Of a stretch of DNA of 64,000 nt, positions 26,481 through 38,647 are shown one piece after another. Origin of the DNA: Okamejei kenojei. Lineage: Eukaryota. The notes beneath the pieces were generated by a model, which was given only the letters and a program-made list of their open reading frames with translations, ran no database searches and had not been told where the DNA came from. Position 1 is the stretch's first letter; every line of letters starts with the position of its first letter. Location: assembly GCA_035221665.1 (NCBI GenBank), contig CM069143.1, forward strand, positions 10,230,001 to 10,294,000, in the 5' to 3' direction. The position numbers and the translations under genes were made by a program.

Positions 26481-26585
26481 AAACGTCACCCATTCTTTCT
26501 CCCCAGAGATGCTGCCTGTCCTGCTGAGTTACTCCAGCATTTTGTGTCAATCTTCGGTTCAAACCAGCCTCTGCAGTTACTTCCT
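26481..26585 (+). mobile_element. Penelope-derived short unit, next to old CR1 remnants (about 26100-26470, - strand)
   Basis: aaacgtcacccattctttctccccagagatgctgcctgtcctgctgagttactccagcattttgtg...ctgcagttacttcct. Confidence 0.75.
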
Positions 26586-26939
26586 GCCCAATTCACCTTG
26601 GTTCTACCCTATTAAAATGTTCAGCTGGGCATATTCACCGTGTGATGACTGGGGACTTACCATTTTGTGTTTCACTCCTGAAATCCATGAGTACAGTCAG
26701 GAAATTGCCAGTGATGCATGGCCAGTAGGTTTGAGACTTCTCTGTTAGTGCAGGAGACCTAAGTCCTTGGTGGCACTAAGGCAGAGATATTTTCTGCCAA
26801 ACATCGGCCCTTCCTAGCTAGTTACTGATTAATAATACATCCATGTTTAAATTATAAAATGTGACTGGTGTAAGGAAAGATGTCACGTCTGTTTCCATGA
26901 TATTAAAAAATGCACATTTTGGTGATACTACAAGACCAG

Positions 26940-27710
26940 CAGGGTGCCGGGGAGATGGCTGCCCTGCCGGCAGTCTGTTCGTATTTTCTTTCTTTTTGTT
27001 ATTTTTTAGTGCGTTAAAAGTTTGTTTTAATGTTCTTCGGTTTGTTTTATGTGGGGGGAGGGGGGAGGGGGGAGGGGATGGGGGGAAACTTTTTTTCAAG
27101 TTCCTACCTTCCCGCAGATGTGATCAATTTTAGGATCACATTCTCTGGGCTCTGCGGGCTACCATCGCTGGAGCTGGAAGCCTCCTCGGACTGTCGTGAG
27201 CGCCACCGCGGGGCGCGGACTTAACATCGGAGCTGATCCCTTGCCTGGGATCACTCCCACCGCAACCACCGCAGAATCACCATCAAGGGCTCGCAGTCTC
27301 GGGTGAGGCTGGTCCGGAGCTCCAAAGTCGCAGAAGGTTCGACCAGCACCGACGCGAGGTTTGATCGCCCGGCGCGGGGGAGCTGACAACCCCCGATGCA
27401 GGAGCTCATCGCCTCCATGTGGAGGGACCGAACGCCGCCGGCTACGAGAGTCAAGATCATCCCGTCGACGGGTGCTCGAGGCCCACGACCGAGGAAAAAC
27501 AAAAGGAAGAGACTTGAACTTTATTTCGCCTTCCATCACAGTGAGGAATGTGTAGGAGTCACTGTGGTGGATGTTCATGTTAAAATGGGTTTTTTTGTGT
27601 GATCTGTTGCTTTTAATTGTATGACTGACCTGGCCAGTGAAATTCCTCGTATGTTGCAAAACGTACTTGGTGAATAAAGTGTGATTCTGATCCTGATTCT
27701 GATTCTCTGA
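26940..27710 (+). mobile_element. GC/CpG-rich non-LTR element 3' region with (GATTCT)n tail, family unassigned
   Basis: Abrupt GC-rich block in AT-rich intron, ending in aaattcctcgtatgttgcaaaacgtacttggtgAATAAAgtgt(gattct)n. The 5' boundary is approximate. Confidence 0.6.
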
Positions 27711-28475
27711 TTATTATTTAAATATTATCTAAAGATATTTAGAGACAAACTCTTTGAACATATTTTTCCTCCTTCCTCCACAAAACACTTACATCAAAGC
27801 AGTTTAAAATCTTCACTTGGTCTTGGCAGAAACATCAGTAAGTTCCACTGATGTAAAACTACCATTTGATTATTTTTAAAAAGTTAATCAATGTCCTATT
27901 TAAACCTCAGTAGGTTAAAAAAAATACAATTTGAGGTGACTTTTCCTTCCATTCTGCAATTCACACTTACATTTTAATGAAATTGTAAAATTTAGATTCA
28001 AGAGCAGAGTGAAAACTGTATCTCATATTAGGAACATTTGTTTACAGTGACCAAGCTGCATTTCATCTTTATTACATAGGTTTCCCAAGTGTTTTGAGGA
28101 TCACACTCTACAATTAATTTCATTTTAACTCATGAAAACAAGAATCTTGTTCACAAAATATCTCCCTCATAGTCTTATTCACTCCACAATTTCTCTGCAG
28201 AGACTCTGTTATGTTCTTTTCTATTGATTATCTTGATTTACACTTTCAGCCACATAAATACAGTATAAACAAGAGCAGGCTGGAGACTGAGTATCTCAAG
28301 GTGAGTGTCTTACCTCTGACATTTCAAGACCTATTCACCAACTGGAAGGCAAGAGATAGGACCATGACGAAATATTCTTTACTTGCCTGCAACTCCAAAT
28401 CTCAAAAAGCTCAATCCTTTCAAATACAAACCAAACCATCCTCCTTCTGAATTCGCACCTTCTCCACGGCTTAGA

Positions 28476-28790
28476 ATGGCACAGTGGCATAGCGGTAACG
28501 CTGCTGTTTTACAGTGCCAGAGGCCTGGGTTTGATAGTCATTATGGGTGCTGTCTGTACGGAATTTGTATATTCTCCATGCGATGCGTGGGTTTTCTCTG
28601 GGTGCTCCAGATTCCACCCGCAAGACATGCAGGTTTGTAGGTTAATTGGCTTTAGTAAAATTGTAAATTGCCCCAGATGTGTAGGATAGTGTTAATGGAC
28701 GGGGTGATTGCTGGTTGGCACAGACTCATTGGGTTGAAGGGCCTGTTTGCATGCTTTGTCTCTAGTCTAAAAGTCCAAAAGTCTAAAGTT
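28476..28790 (+). mobile_element. tRNA-derived V-SINE (older copy)
   Basis: tggcacagtggcatagcggtaacgctgctg...gggtttgat... head, V-domain-like centre, CR1-like 3' end tgaagggcctgtttgc. Confidence 0.8.
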
Positions 28791-29099
28791 ACTTCAGCAT
28801 GCATTCTGTACACTGGTGGACCATCCACAATATGTATTTCTATCAGTCGTATAAGCCACTCCGATACCACTACCGAGTCCCATGATCTCTACTTCTAAGA
28901 GGGGCAAAAGCAGCAGGAGCATGGGAAATACCATTTGGAGATTCCCCTCCAATTTGCATACTTTCTTGACATGGAAATGTCTGGCTGCTCCTCCACTATC
29001 GTGGGATCCAAATGCTGGAACTTCCCCTACAACAGCATTATGGGAGTACATTCAGCGGAGACACTGCAGAGATTCAAGCCACTCATCTTATTGAAATGT

Positions 29100-29226
29100 T
29101 TAAGAAGGAACTGCAGATGCTGGAACAATCGAAGGTAGATAAAAATGCTGGAGAAACTCCACGGGTGAGGCAGCATCTATGGAGCGAAGGAATAGGTGAT
29201 GTTTCGGGTGGAGACCCTTCTTCAGA
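29100..29226 (-). mobile_element. Penelope-derived short unit
   Basis: Reverse strand reads CTGAAGAAGGGTCTCCACCCGAAACATCACC...agatgctgcc...ccagcatctgcagttccttct. Confidence 0.8.
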
Positions 29227-29606
29227 TGGTAGCCAGAGATGAAAAATAAGTATTAATCTTTTCAACATTGACTTATACCTGAAAATCGTAAGTTCATAAG
29301 TCATAGGAGCATTGAGTCCAGTCAGCCCGTTGAGTCCTCTTCCATCATTCAAAAATGGCTGATCTATCTCTCTCAACCCCATTCTCCTGCTTTCTCCCCA
29401 TAACCCTTGGCACCCAAATGGATAAGAAAATACTGGAGAAAATTGTTCAACAAGGAAGTTATAACCACAGGGGTTGTATTAACTCCCATGCCGGAATTTT
29501 CATTACTTTTGCCCCAGGACAGTGCAAAGATTTGCTTTTCAGTGTAACGGGAAGATTTCCTCTCGTACAAATCTCCAAGAATTACAGTTTCACCAATATG
29601 CTCCAC

Positions 29607-29825
29607 TTGTCTGTGGAATTCTCTGCCTCAGAGGGAGGTGGAGGCAGGTTCTCTGGATGCTTTCAAGAGAGAGCTGGATAGGGCTCTTAAAAATAGCGGT
29701 GTCAGGGGATATGGGGAGAAGGCAGGAACGGGATACTGATTGGGGATGATCAGCCATGATCACATTGAATGGCGGTGCTGGCTTGAAGGGCCAAATGGCC
29801 TGCTCCTGAACCTATTGTCTATTGC
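29607..29825 (+). mobile_element. CR1 3' end, (CTATTGT)n-tail subfamily
   Basis: gtctgtggaattctctgcctcagagg...gggctcttaaaaatagcgg...cctattgtctattg. Confidence 0.88.
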
Positions 29826-31131
29826 CCCCCTACCACCTTGTTCTCCACCTCCAGTTTTACTATAGCTTTGACCAGAGATTTGTAATTTATAAGAAGTTCA
29901 ATCCATACACCGTGTTTTGGATAGGATCAATATTAATAAATGAGTTGAGTTTTTTTTGTATTGTATACTGGCTTAGTAGATACTCCAAACTAATCAAATC
30001 CCTTCAATTTCTGCTTGTTACATTTCTGTTTTATGCATGTTTGAAATGTTGATCTATCAATATTTAGTCAGATGGCTATTTGATCGGCTTCTTAGATAAG
30101 TGGCATTTTGAGCCAGGCATAACTTTGGATGTGACACTTTGATGTTGTGAAGACTTGAGGTGTGAGTTGGGAGGTGCAATGCCCTGAGGCCACACTTTCA
30201 AGTATGATTCCTTTGAACAGTGTGAAATGACAGACCCAACTAGTTGCAGAACTTTCTCATTATCCAATAGCAAGTAATCACTTCAATTATTGCAATAAGA
30301 TGTGCATGGCACTGTTTGTTTACTTGTTTCACCAGTTCAAGTTTTTCTACTCCTTGTTGGACAATTTCATCAATGTTAAAGAATAGATCCACAAGCAATG
30401 AGTTTGGGGTAGCCCTTGTTAGCCCATTTTTGTGGTCTTCCATAAAATTCACACTTGTTTTGAGAGTGTTACTTGATTGAAATAGCCATTATATCTCAAA
30501 GCAAGATTAATTATAGTATTGCCAAACATATGATGAGCTTACCCTATGATTCTTACAACCTTTTTTAAAATCCAAGTTTTATTGAGAGGCTAGTCAAAAA
30601 AATCAGTCATGTCCTAAGTATTACTAAAAAAAATGTGCAGATTTATACAGAATGTTCTTTCTGCCTGGACACCTATTGCATTTAAAAAATAATAATTTTG
30701 GAAAAATAATACATCGTTCTGAAAACTTGACATAATTTTGTGACGGTAACCTTATACATAGCGACTTATTTCAATTGCTGGAGAACACTGAAAGTTAACC
30801 CAATAAGTGTGGACATTGCACTGTGTTACTTCGGAATTTCCACCTGCATTAAAAAGTTCTGACGTAGATCGATGATTGAAGTGTTTGTGCCAGTTGCAAT
30901 CTGGTGTTAGTTTCCAGTGAGGGAATGCAAAATGAAATTGATTTCCTACCATTTACCACAGATGATCTAGTCCTACAACCTGCATCAGGTTTGATCAGCA
31001 CAAGAGCAGCTTAATTTCAATTGAGAATAGTTGCAAGGATCTAAAGCAAGTACTGATATATTAGATGTTTTTTTTAAATTTTGCTTGAATGCCTTGCAAA
31101 AGATTTTAAATATTATTTTTGTATAAATTTG

Positions 31132-31455
31132 AGGCACAGTGGCACAGGTGGTACAGTCACAGCACCGGGGACCTGAGTTCAATCTCACCCTTTGTGGTGT
31201 TCATGTGGTTCTCCTTATGATCACATGAGTTTCCTCTTGGTGCTCCAATTTCCTTTGCTATCCCAAAGACGTGTGTTGGTAGGCTACCTGGTGTGCAAGT
31301 ATGTGGTAGAATCTAAGGAGATAATGGGGAGAGAAGTTGAGATTTACAAAGTATTAAAAAGGGGGGATTAATTTAGGATTACAGGTAGGTGGTTTATGGT
31401 TGGTGTAGACTCAGGGCCTGATAGGTCTGTCTTCATGCTATATCTTTCTAGGACC
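31132..31455 (+). mobile_element. Degenerate tRNA-derived V-SINE
   Basis: ggcacagtggcacaggtggta...cctgagttcaatct (B box)...tcccaaagacgtgtg; strongly diverged. Confidence 0.6.
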
Positions 31456-32436
31456 ACATGACACCAGAAACATTTAGCACTCTTCACTGTTTTGGCAACT
31501 TCCCAGGTTTGGGAACTTTGACAACAGCTGCACTGGAGCATGGCTATTTCAGGCCTTTTAAGCTGTTCTTTTGGTGGGGCTTGGTCTGCTCTCCACCCAT
31601 CCTCCCAACTCTATCTTACCCCATCACAGAATGATTACTTAAAGAATAAGGTTATTACTTCACAGAAGGCCTTTTGCCAAACAGAACTTGATCACAACAG
31701 ATGGAGCTGATTTCTCCCAGCAAGCTGCCCTGGGTGAATGGCACCATGGGCAATCTGTGAGTACAAAGACTCAGCACTGACTACAAATTTGGGGTTATTG
31801 TTTACTTATAAAGCATTAGTGCAGGCAGGCCATAGACTGGGTGAAATTAATAAATATTTTATGACGAGTGTTTGCTTCGCAATTTCAATTTTCAGTTTGC
31901 TTTGCAATAAATAATTTTGATGATGGCAGCTGTTGTTGAATTAAAACTGCCCAGGGTTAGACCTTGAGTGGAGCTGACACTCTAAACACTGATTTCCTGG
32001 TGACTTATCAGATATTTTCTATGACTGCGGCAAAGCATAAAAGTGAACTCTTCAAATGACAGGAATATATTTCATGAAAAATGACAAGCAATTTGTAGGT
32101 ACCAGGACTGACATAAATTACTTTATCTAACTGAGCTATTGGATTGGAGGTGGAGAAACCAAATCAGTTGGCTTATATTAATAAAAATCTTGAAATGGAA
32201 ACAGCTCAAATTTTATCGATCATCTACTTGACACATTGTAACCTAATAACTGTCAACTGTGTGGAGCAGCCCTCAATTCAGCATAGCAATCAGAATACTG
32301 TGAATTTGTCCACATATGGTTGAAAATGCATCTGATTGTTTCCTTCTGTTCGTTCTCCTGTGACCTAGGCTCCAGTCAATGGATCTAAGTCTTAGAACTC
32401 GAGTATCATCTTTCCAGTTTACTGCAAACAACTATA

Positions 32437-33310
32437 GTCATAGAGACATATAGCATGGAAACAGGCCCTTCGGCCCAACTAGCCCATGCCGGCATACATG
32501 TCGTATTTATACTAGTCCTACCTGCCAGTGCATGACCAATAACCCTCTAAACCTATCCTATCCATGAACCTTTCCAAATGTCTCTTTTACCCCGTGGCTA
32601 TCAAACTGTACAACTCGTGTGGTAGACTGACCCCTTCCCCCTCCCCATTCCCCCTCCTCCTCCCCCCCCCTCTCCCCCTCCCCAATCTTTGCACATCCCC
32701 AATCCTGGACTTTCCACTCGTCATTTTAATTTCATGTTTCATGTATCTTGTTGTGTTTTATGACAGTTGGCAGATCAGTTTCCCTCCTGGGATAAATAAA
32801 GCTATATCATATCATACCATAACATAACAATAGTACCTGCCTCAACTAGCTCTATATACCCACCACTCTTTGTGTGAAAAAACTTAACCCCTCAGAATCC
32901 TATTAAATCTTTCTCCCCTTACCTTAAACCCCTGTCCGCTTGTTCTCAATTCCCCTACTCTGGGCAAAAGTCTGTTTATTTACCTGATCTATTCCTCTTA
33001 CGATCTTGTATACCTCTACAAGATCACCCCTCATCTTCCCCTGCTCCAAGGAATAAGGTCCCAGCCTGCTCAACCTCTCCCTATAGCTCAGGCCCTCAAG
33101 TCCTGGCAACATCCTCGTGAATAATTTCTGCACCCTTTCCATCTTGACAACATCTTTCCTATAACATGGTGACCAAAACTGAACACAATACTCTAAATGA
33201 GGCCTCCCCAATGTCTTATGCAACTGTAACATGATGTCCCAACTCAATACTCTGACTGATGAAGCCCAAAGTGCCGAAAGCCTTCTTGACCATCCCATCT
33301 ACCTGTGAAC
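32437..33310 (-). mobile_element. CR1 LINE (older subfamily) with a + strand Rex1-like 3' fragment inserted at about 32580-32830
   Basis: ORF 32924..33298 gives LQLHKTLGRPHLEYCVQFWSPCYRKDV. The insert begins LFYPVAIKLYNS (Rex1-like terminal motif) and ends with AATAAA plus a short-repeat tail. Confidence 0.8.
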
Positions 33311-34316
33311 ACTGCATTTTCCCACCAAAAAATGGAATCCCTGTATGCGTTGGACCAACAGATGTTTCATATGCCAGACTACAATGGTTCAAAGAATGGA
33401 GTTTATTTTTTTGTATCTCTCACTTTCTATATGTGCATCTCCATATTGGATATCAAAACTATTTGTTGATGTTGAAATGTGGAACAAAAGATAAAGTGAT
33501 GGAATAACTCAGTGGGTCAATTAACATCTGAGGAGGTAGAGGTGTGGTTTACATTTCAGGTTGAGACCTTCCTTCAGGACTAGGACTGTTGAGGGAAGAC
33601 AGTCAATATACAGAACTAAAAAGGAAGGGATACTTCTTTCTGAGCATTCCCCTCGCTCTCTCCCCCATCTGGCTCTGTCTGCACATCACCCCCTTCTCCC
33701 CTTCTTTTAGTTCCACTTGTAATCTTTCAGCCTCTGTCTCATTCTTCCCTCTTGTTCTATCCACTTGCTATATTGCCTCTACGCACTTAGACCTGATGCA
33801 AGGTATTCACCCAAACATATCAGTCATTCTTTTGCCTCCATGGATGCTGCATAACCTTCTGAGTTATTCCAGCAGTTTGTCTTTGATTCCATCCTATGCT
33901 CCCCAGATTTGCCTCACTATTTGGATAGAACCAAGAGCAAAGAGTAGAAATGAATGGTAGGAAGATAAGTTAGTGTCTGGCTTAAAAAGTGAGAGATATT
34001 CCATGGATATGTGGGGAAAGTACAATTATTAAAAAATATTTTTAACAGTGAATAATTATTTTTATGAAGCTAGGAATATATGTCTAATTATGAAGTGTTG
34101 ATGAGTCAGTGTGTAGGAGAGAGATGGAACACCTGGTTGAATGATGCTGCAAGAACAACCTCTCATTCAACTTCAGCAAAACCAAGGAACTAATAGGGGG
34201 TTACTCCAGCTTTTTGTGTCTGTCCAAAGAACTAATCATTGATTTCAGAAAGGGAAAGATGGGGGACCACGTATCAATGTCAATTTTTATTGGTGGGTTA
34301 GCGGTGGAGAGAGTTA

Positions 34317-34625
34317 AGGGCCTGTCCCACTATACGAGTTTACCCAAGAACTCTCCTGAGTTAAAAAAAAAAAATCAAACTCGTGGTAAGTACGTAGAAT
34401 GTACGTAGAGGGTATGTTGGAGCTCGGGACGTCTCTTAAGGGCCCGTAACGCTAACGGCAGGTACTCGGGAAATGTTGTAAGCTCGTGAAGTTTTTTCAA
34501 CATGTTGAAAAATGTCCACGAGAGCCCCGAGTACCTACGAGCGGCTGTTACCGTAGTTCTCCGAGTTTGAATCAGGGGAAAATCGGGAGAATTCTGGAAT
34601 TACCTCGTACAGTGGGACAGGCCCT
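34317..34625. mobile_element. PIF/Harbinger-type MITE (309 bp)
   Basis: TIRs AGGGCCTGTCCCACTATACGAG / CTCGTACAGTGGGACAGGCCCT, with TTA TSD at 34314-34316 and 34626-34628. Removing it restores the host reading AVERVTGFKFL. Confidence 0.92.
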
Positions 34626-34912
34626 TTACTGGCTTCAAATTCCTGGATGCTAACATCTTCCTGGGCCCAGCAGAAGGATGTAATCATGAAGAAGGATGCT
34701 ACGCCTCTACTTTCTTAGTTTAAAGTGATTCAGCATGTTACTGGACACTCTAACAAACTTCTTCAGATGCACTGCAGAAAGTATCCTGACTTGGTTGCAT
34801 TACGGTAATTCCAACACACAGGGTTGCAAGAGGCTGCAGATAGTAGTGAAGTCGGCCCAGTCCATCATTGATCCAGTTCTCTCTGCCACCAAATGAATCT
34901 GCATTTTTTTGC

Positions 34913-35428
34913 TATTCTTGCTATTGTGCGAGTGCAGCGTAGTTTCACAAGGTTAATTCCCGGGATGGCGGGACTGTCATATGCTGAGAGAATGGAGCAG
35001 CTGGGCTTGTACACTCTGGAGTTTAGAAGGATGAGAGGGAATCTTATTGAAACATATAAGATTATTAAGGGTTTGGACACACTAGAGGCAGGAAACATGT
35101 TCCCGATGTTGGGGGAGTCCAGAACCAGGGGCCACAGTTTAAGAATAAGGAGTAAGCCATTTAGAACGGAGACTAGGAAACACTTTTTCTCACAGAGAGT
35201 GGTGAGTCTGTGGAATTCTCTGCCGCAGAGGGCGATGGAGGCAGGTTTTCTGGATGCTTTCAAGAGAGAGCTAGATAGGGCTCTTAAAAATAGTGGAGTC
35301 CGGGGATATGGGGAAAAGGCAGGAACGGGGTACTGATTGGGGATGATTAGCCAAGATCACATTGAATGGTGGTGCTGGCTCGAAGGGCCGAATGGCCTAC
35401 TCCTGCACCTATTGTCTATTGTCGATTG
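34913..35428 (+). mobile_element. 5'-truncated CR1 LINE, (CTATTGT)n-tail subfamily
   Basis: ORF 34893..35336 gives the CR1 ORF2 C-terminus to its stop; tail cctattgtctattgtcgattg. Confidence 0.92.
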
Positions 35429-36023
35429 CATGAGACACTGCCTCAAGAGGACAGCATTTATCATTAAGTATCCCGAGCATCTGGGCTGTATCCTCTTTTA
35501 AGTGCTACGATGTGGCAGGTGGTGCAGAAACTTGGGCTCTTACCACCAGGTTCGGGCATAGTTACTTTCCTACAACTATCAGGTTCTTGATTATTTAAGT
35601 TTTTGTGTGTTGCCTGAATATATGTTGCAGTGATGCTGCTGCAAGCAAAATACTTTTTGTACCTGTACCTCCCCATACCTGTGCCAATGATTGTAAGCGC
35701 AACTTAGCTCAACTTAAAACAACACCGTCAATAATTTTGGATCAGCTTGAGGGAAATTGCTCCTTATATAAAAATATCATGTATCGGTTTAACACTTGTA
35801 GGATACTTCTTGGAAGCATGCAGTAGACTTGTGTTTATATTCCTCATGCCAAGCACCTAAGAAAGTGTGGATTTTTTTTTTCCACATCAGTCATTTTGAA
35901 AGAAAAATTCTTGGAATGCACATACTGCCTATTATATTAATGGAATTCCATAAATTCAGTTACAGGGAAGGTGGGCCGAGTTCTGATTGAAATTTATTTA
36001 ATGTACAATTATATCACAGACAT

Positions 36024-36423
36024 TGGCGGTCACTCGAAACGTGTATGACTGTCCTCTCATGGAGGACGCCTGTGCGTGACTTTGTTTAACATGGGGAGAC
36101 TGGTGCACAGACAGCCACCGCATGGTCCTTGACAGATCTGGGTCAGGATCCAGTGGCATGGAGTCCAAGATGGCCGGGGACCCTTTTCTGCTGCAGCCTC
36201 CATGCGCCTTCCCAGCCGTTATGACGCTCCACTAAAGTCAGCCATTGTCCTCCTCTTGATCCACCGTTGAGGCCTTGGTTGGATTGCTCTTTGTCAGAGA
36301 CCTCCCACTCGACCTTACCGCCATGGATGACCCTACTAGGAGCATACCTCCAGACGGCTTCGCTCTCAGGATCTCAGGACCACACAAGCTTCTCCACCAC
36401 GACAAGGTGACAATCCACGGAGA
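36024..36423 (-). mobile_element. 400-bp non-autonomous RTE-type retroelement (5' UTR joined to 3' end) with 11-bp TSD
   Basis: ATCACAGACAT at 36013-36023 and 36424-36434. The reverse-strand 5' part (cacCTTGTCGTGGtggagaagcttg...agggtcatccatggcggtaaggtc...tgacaaag) resembles recalled Rex3/BovB 5' ends, and the 3' end (...tcgagtgaccgccaatg) resembles RTE termini. No RT ORF. Confidence 0.78.
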
Positions 36424-37030
36424 ATCACAGACATAATAACCCCTGTTCAATGTGATAACATCTTCACCTATTCAGTCAGCTCATCAGCCAGAAACAAGGG
36501 GCGAATCACATTTTTTGTACACAATACAACTGGAAAGGTGGTCAGTCTGTATATTTTTTAGATAATTGTAACATTGCATTCAGGACTTTGCAACCATCCC
36601 CTCATTCGCAATCTCATACACACTCAGCGATTGAAAAATTGTTGAAAAATTGATAAACAAGATGTATAAAGGTGATGTCAACCTATTGACTGGTTCTCTA
36701 TCTCATTGTATAAGCACTATAAAAATACTGGAATCACTCAGCAGGTCAGGCCATCACTTCATGAAGAGAGAAACAGAGCCATCACTTCATGTCCGAGATC
36801 CTTTGTTACAACTGAATTGTTGGCAGTGTTTCTCTTTCCACAGGGGCTGCCTGACTGGTTGAGTATTTCCAGTCTGTTCTTTATATTTTTTTGAGATTTC
36901 CAGTATCTGTAGCTTATTTTATTTATTTATTACCGCCATCATTCAACATGGATTGTGCAGGCTGTATTTGACTGTTATGTATTCTAAATGTGATATCTTT
37001 CACTAATTGCCCGTTTTGTGTACCGTGCAG

Positions 37031-37176
37031 ATGAGACTCAGCTTGTGATGCCCACGATCAGAACCAGCATTGAGAAGTTCCACATGGCTGGGCAGGTTCT
37101 GCCCCCAGGGTTTCCTGCACCATTCTTATTTGCTGATGGACTCTCTTCAATAGAAACACTTCTAACCAATATTCAG
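37031..37176 (+). CDS. DACH2: Dachshund homolog coding exon (start of DACHbox-C/DD2): (D)ETQLVMPTIRTSIEKFHMAGQVLPPGFPAPFLFADGLSSIETLLTNIQ
   Basis: Acceptor ccgtgcag| and donor CAG|gtaaca; 146 nt, phase 1 to phase 0. The translation contains the DACH-family motif LPPGFP.PFLF.DGLSSIETLLTNIQ. This exon is not in the supplied ORF track. Confidence 0.93.
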
Positions 37177-37224
37177 GTAACATTTTAGCACAAACAGAAC
37201 AGTGTAAATGGATTAAGGAGAAGT

Positions 37225-37315
37225 TAGACACAAAATGCTGGCGTAACTCAGCGGGACAGGCAGCATTTCTGGAGAGAAGGAATGGGTGCCGTTTCGGGTC
37301 GAGACCCTTCTTCAG
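37225..37315 (-). mobile_element. Penelope-derived short unit about 50 bp downstream of a DACH donor site
   Basis: Reverse strand reads CTGAAGAAGGGTCTCGACCCGAAACGGCACC; flanked by AGGAGAAGT at 37216-37224 and 37314-37322. Confidence 0.8.
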
Positions 37316-38647
37316 GAGAAGTATTAGTCCATGTTCAATGCTTTATTGTACTTTACCAAAAACTAAAGTCTGTATCAACCCCAGAGACCAAAACAAGCAG
37401 ATGCTAGCAACTGGGGAAAGAAAGAAGGATCAGGCATATTACCTTTGTAGCAATATTTTAATTTGAGAGTGAGGATTTCTCATCTTGTAATTACAGCAAA
37501 ATTATTATAACTTGCTAGGTATCGACGAACAACAGCGGCAGTAGTAGCAACATGATTTTGTTTGCTCAACCTAAATGTGTCTAGGTGAGTGGAAAAATCT
37601 AGGAGGAGTTGATGGAAAATGGGGAGAATAAAGTGGGATAATGCAAAGGGGTTATTGATGGCTGGTGAGGACTTGATGCGTCTTTTCTCATGCTGAAAAA
37701 GTCTATGACTGATAAATCCAGGAATTTTAATGTTTTTTGTTGGATTACCTTTTTACCGCAAAATATTATGTTAAATCCTCAGCAAATGAAACTATTTTAT
37801 TTGATTTTGAATCCCCCCAAAAAATAGGATAAATAATTACTTCCTTTTATTCAGGGGATCAATTATTGATATAGACTTTTAAAGCTTCAAATATTCTGGG
37901 CAGTTTCATTTCAAGCAGCTCTATTCTATTTCAAGTCATAGTCCTTTGTGAATTAATTGTCATCTTGCATGCCAATGAACATTGCATTTGCTGTTTTCAA
38001 TTCCCCTTACAACTAATGTACATTACAGATCTCCTAAAAGGTACATTTTCTTCATCTACTCAATCTGTAGTGCGCACAGAAATATGTTTCATTCAAAGTT
38101 ATAGAGCAATCTCCCTCTTTATTGATACACAAATACAAGTTGCTGCCATACAGTATCTACCAGTTCCATGCCAGAGATGACCTTATCCATCTTCTGCTAA
38201 CTGCATATATTTGAAACTCTCCAGTTTATTTTAACTTAATGGTTTTGGTTCCCCATCTCTTTACCTTTTACGTTCATTTTTACAAATCCTTATGTGCAAG
38301 GCATCCCTTTCCTTATTGAGTGCAACAAGTGTATGTGGTTGAGAACTGCTGCATAACTTCACCAGCTTTAGTCCTTGTATATATTGGTATGGTCACCATG
38401 GTCCACAGGGAAATAGATTCTTGTGGTCTGTGAAGTCTGCAACACAAAGTGTAAACAGCTTGTCTCTGGCAGAAGGCTTGTGCATTCAGCTTTTTAGCTA
38501 GGGTGGGGGGGGGAGAGAGATTAACCTTTGGTAGAAAATTAAATCACATTTGGAGTGTACTAGATACTGATACATTAGTCTTGCTGCAGTTAGGTACAAC
38601 TGTAAGTTACCTTTCAATTAATTTAAGATTCAAATAACCGTAGCAGT

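Larger units (their letters stand above)
34125..35700 (+). mobile_element. Degraded Rex1/Babar-like LINE 3' part hosting a MITE and a CR1
   Basis: Remnants NNLSFNFSKTKEL / KELIIDFRK / AVERV..FKFL / TNFFRCTAESILT / KRLQIVVKSAQSII / RHCLKR...IIK. Confidence 0.75.

Noticed and set aside
38395-38435. Hairpin catggtccacagggaa...ttcttgtggtctgtg as a pre-miRNA
   Set aside because: The stem is only about 15 bp with several G-U pairs and no recognised mature miRNA.
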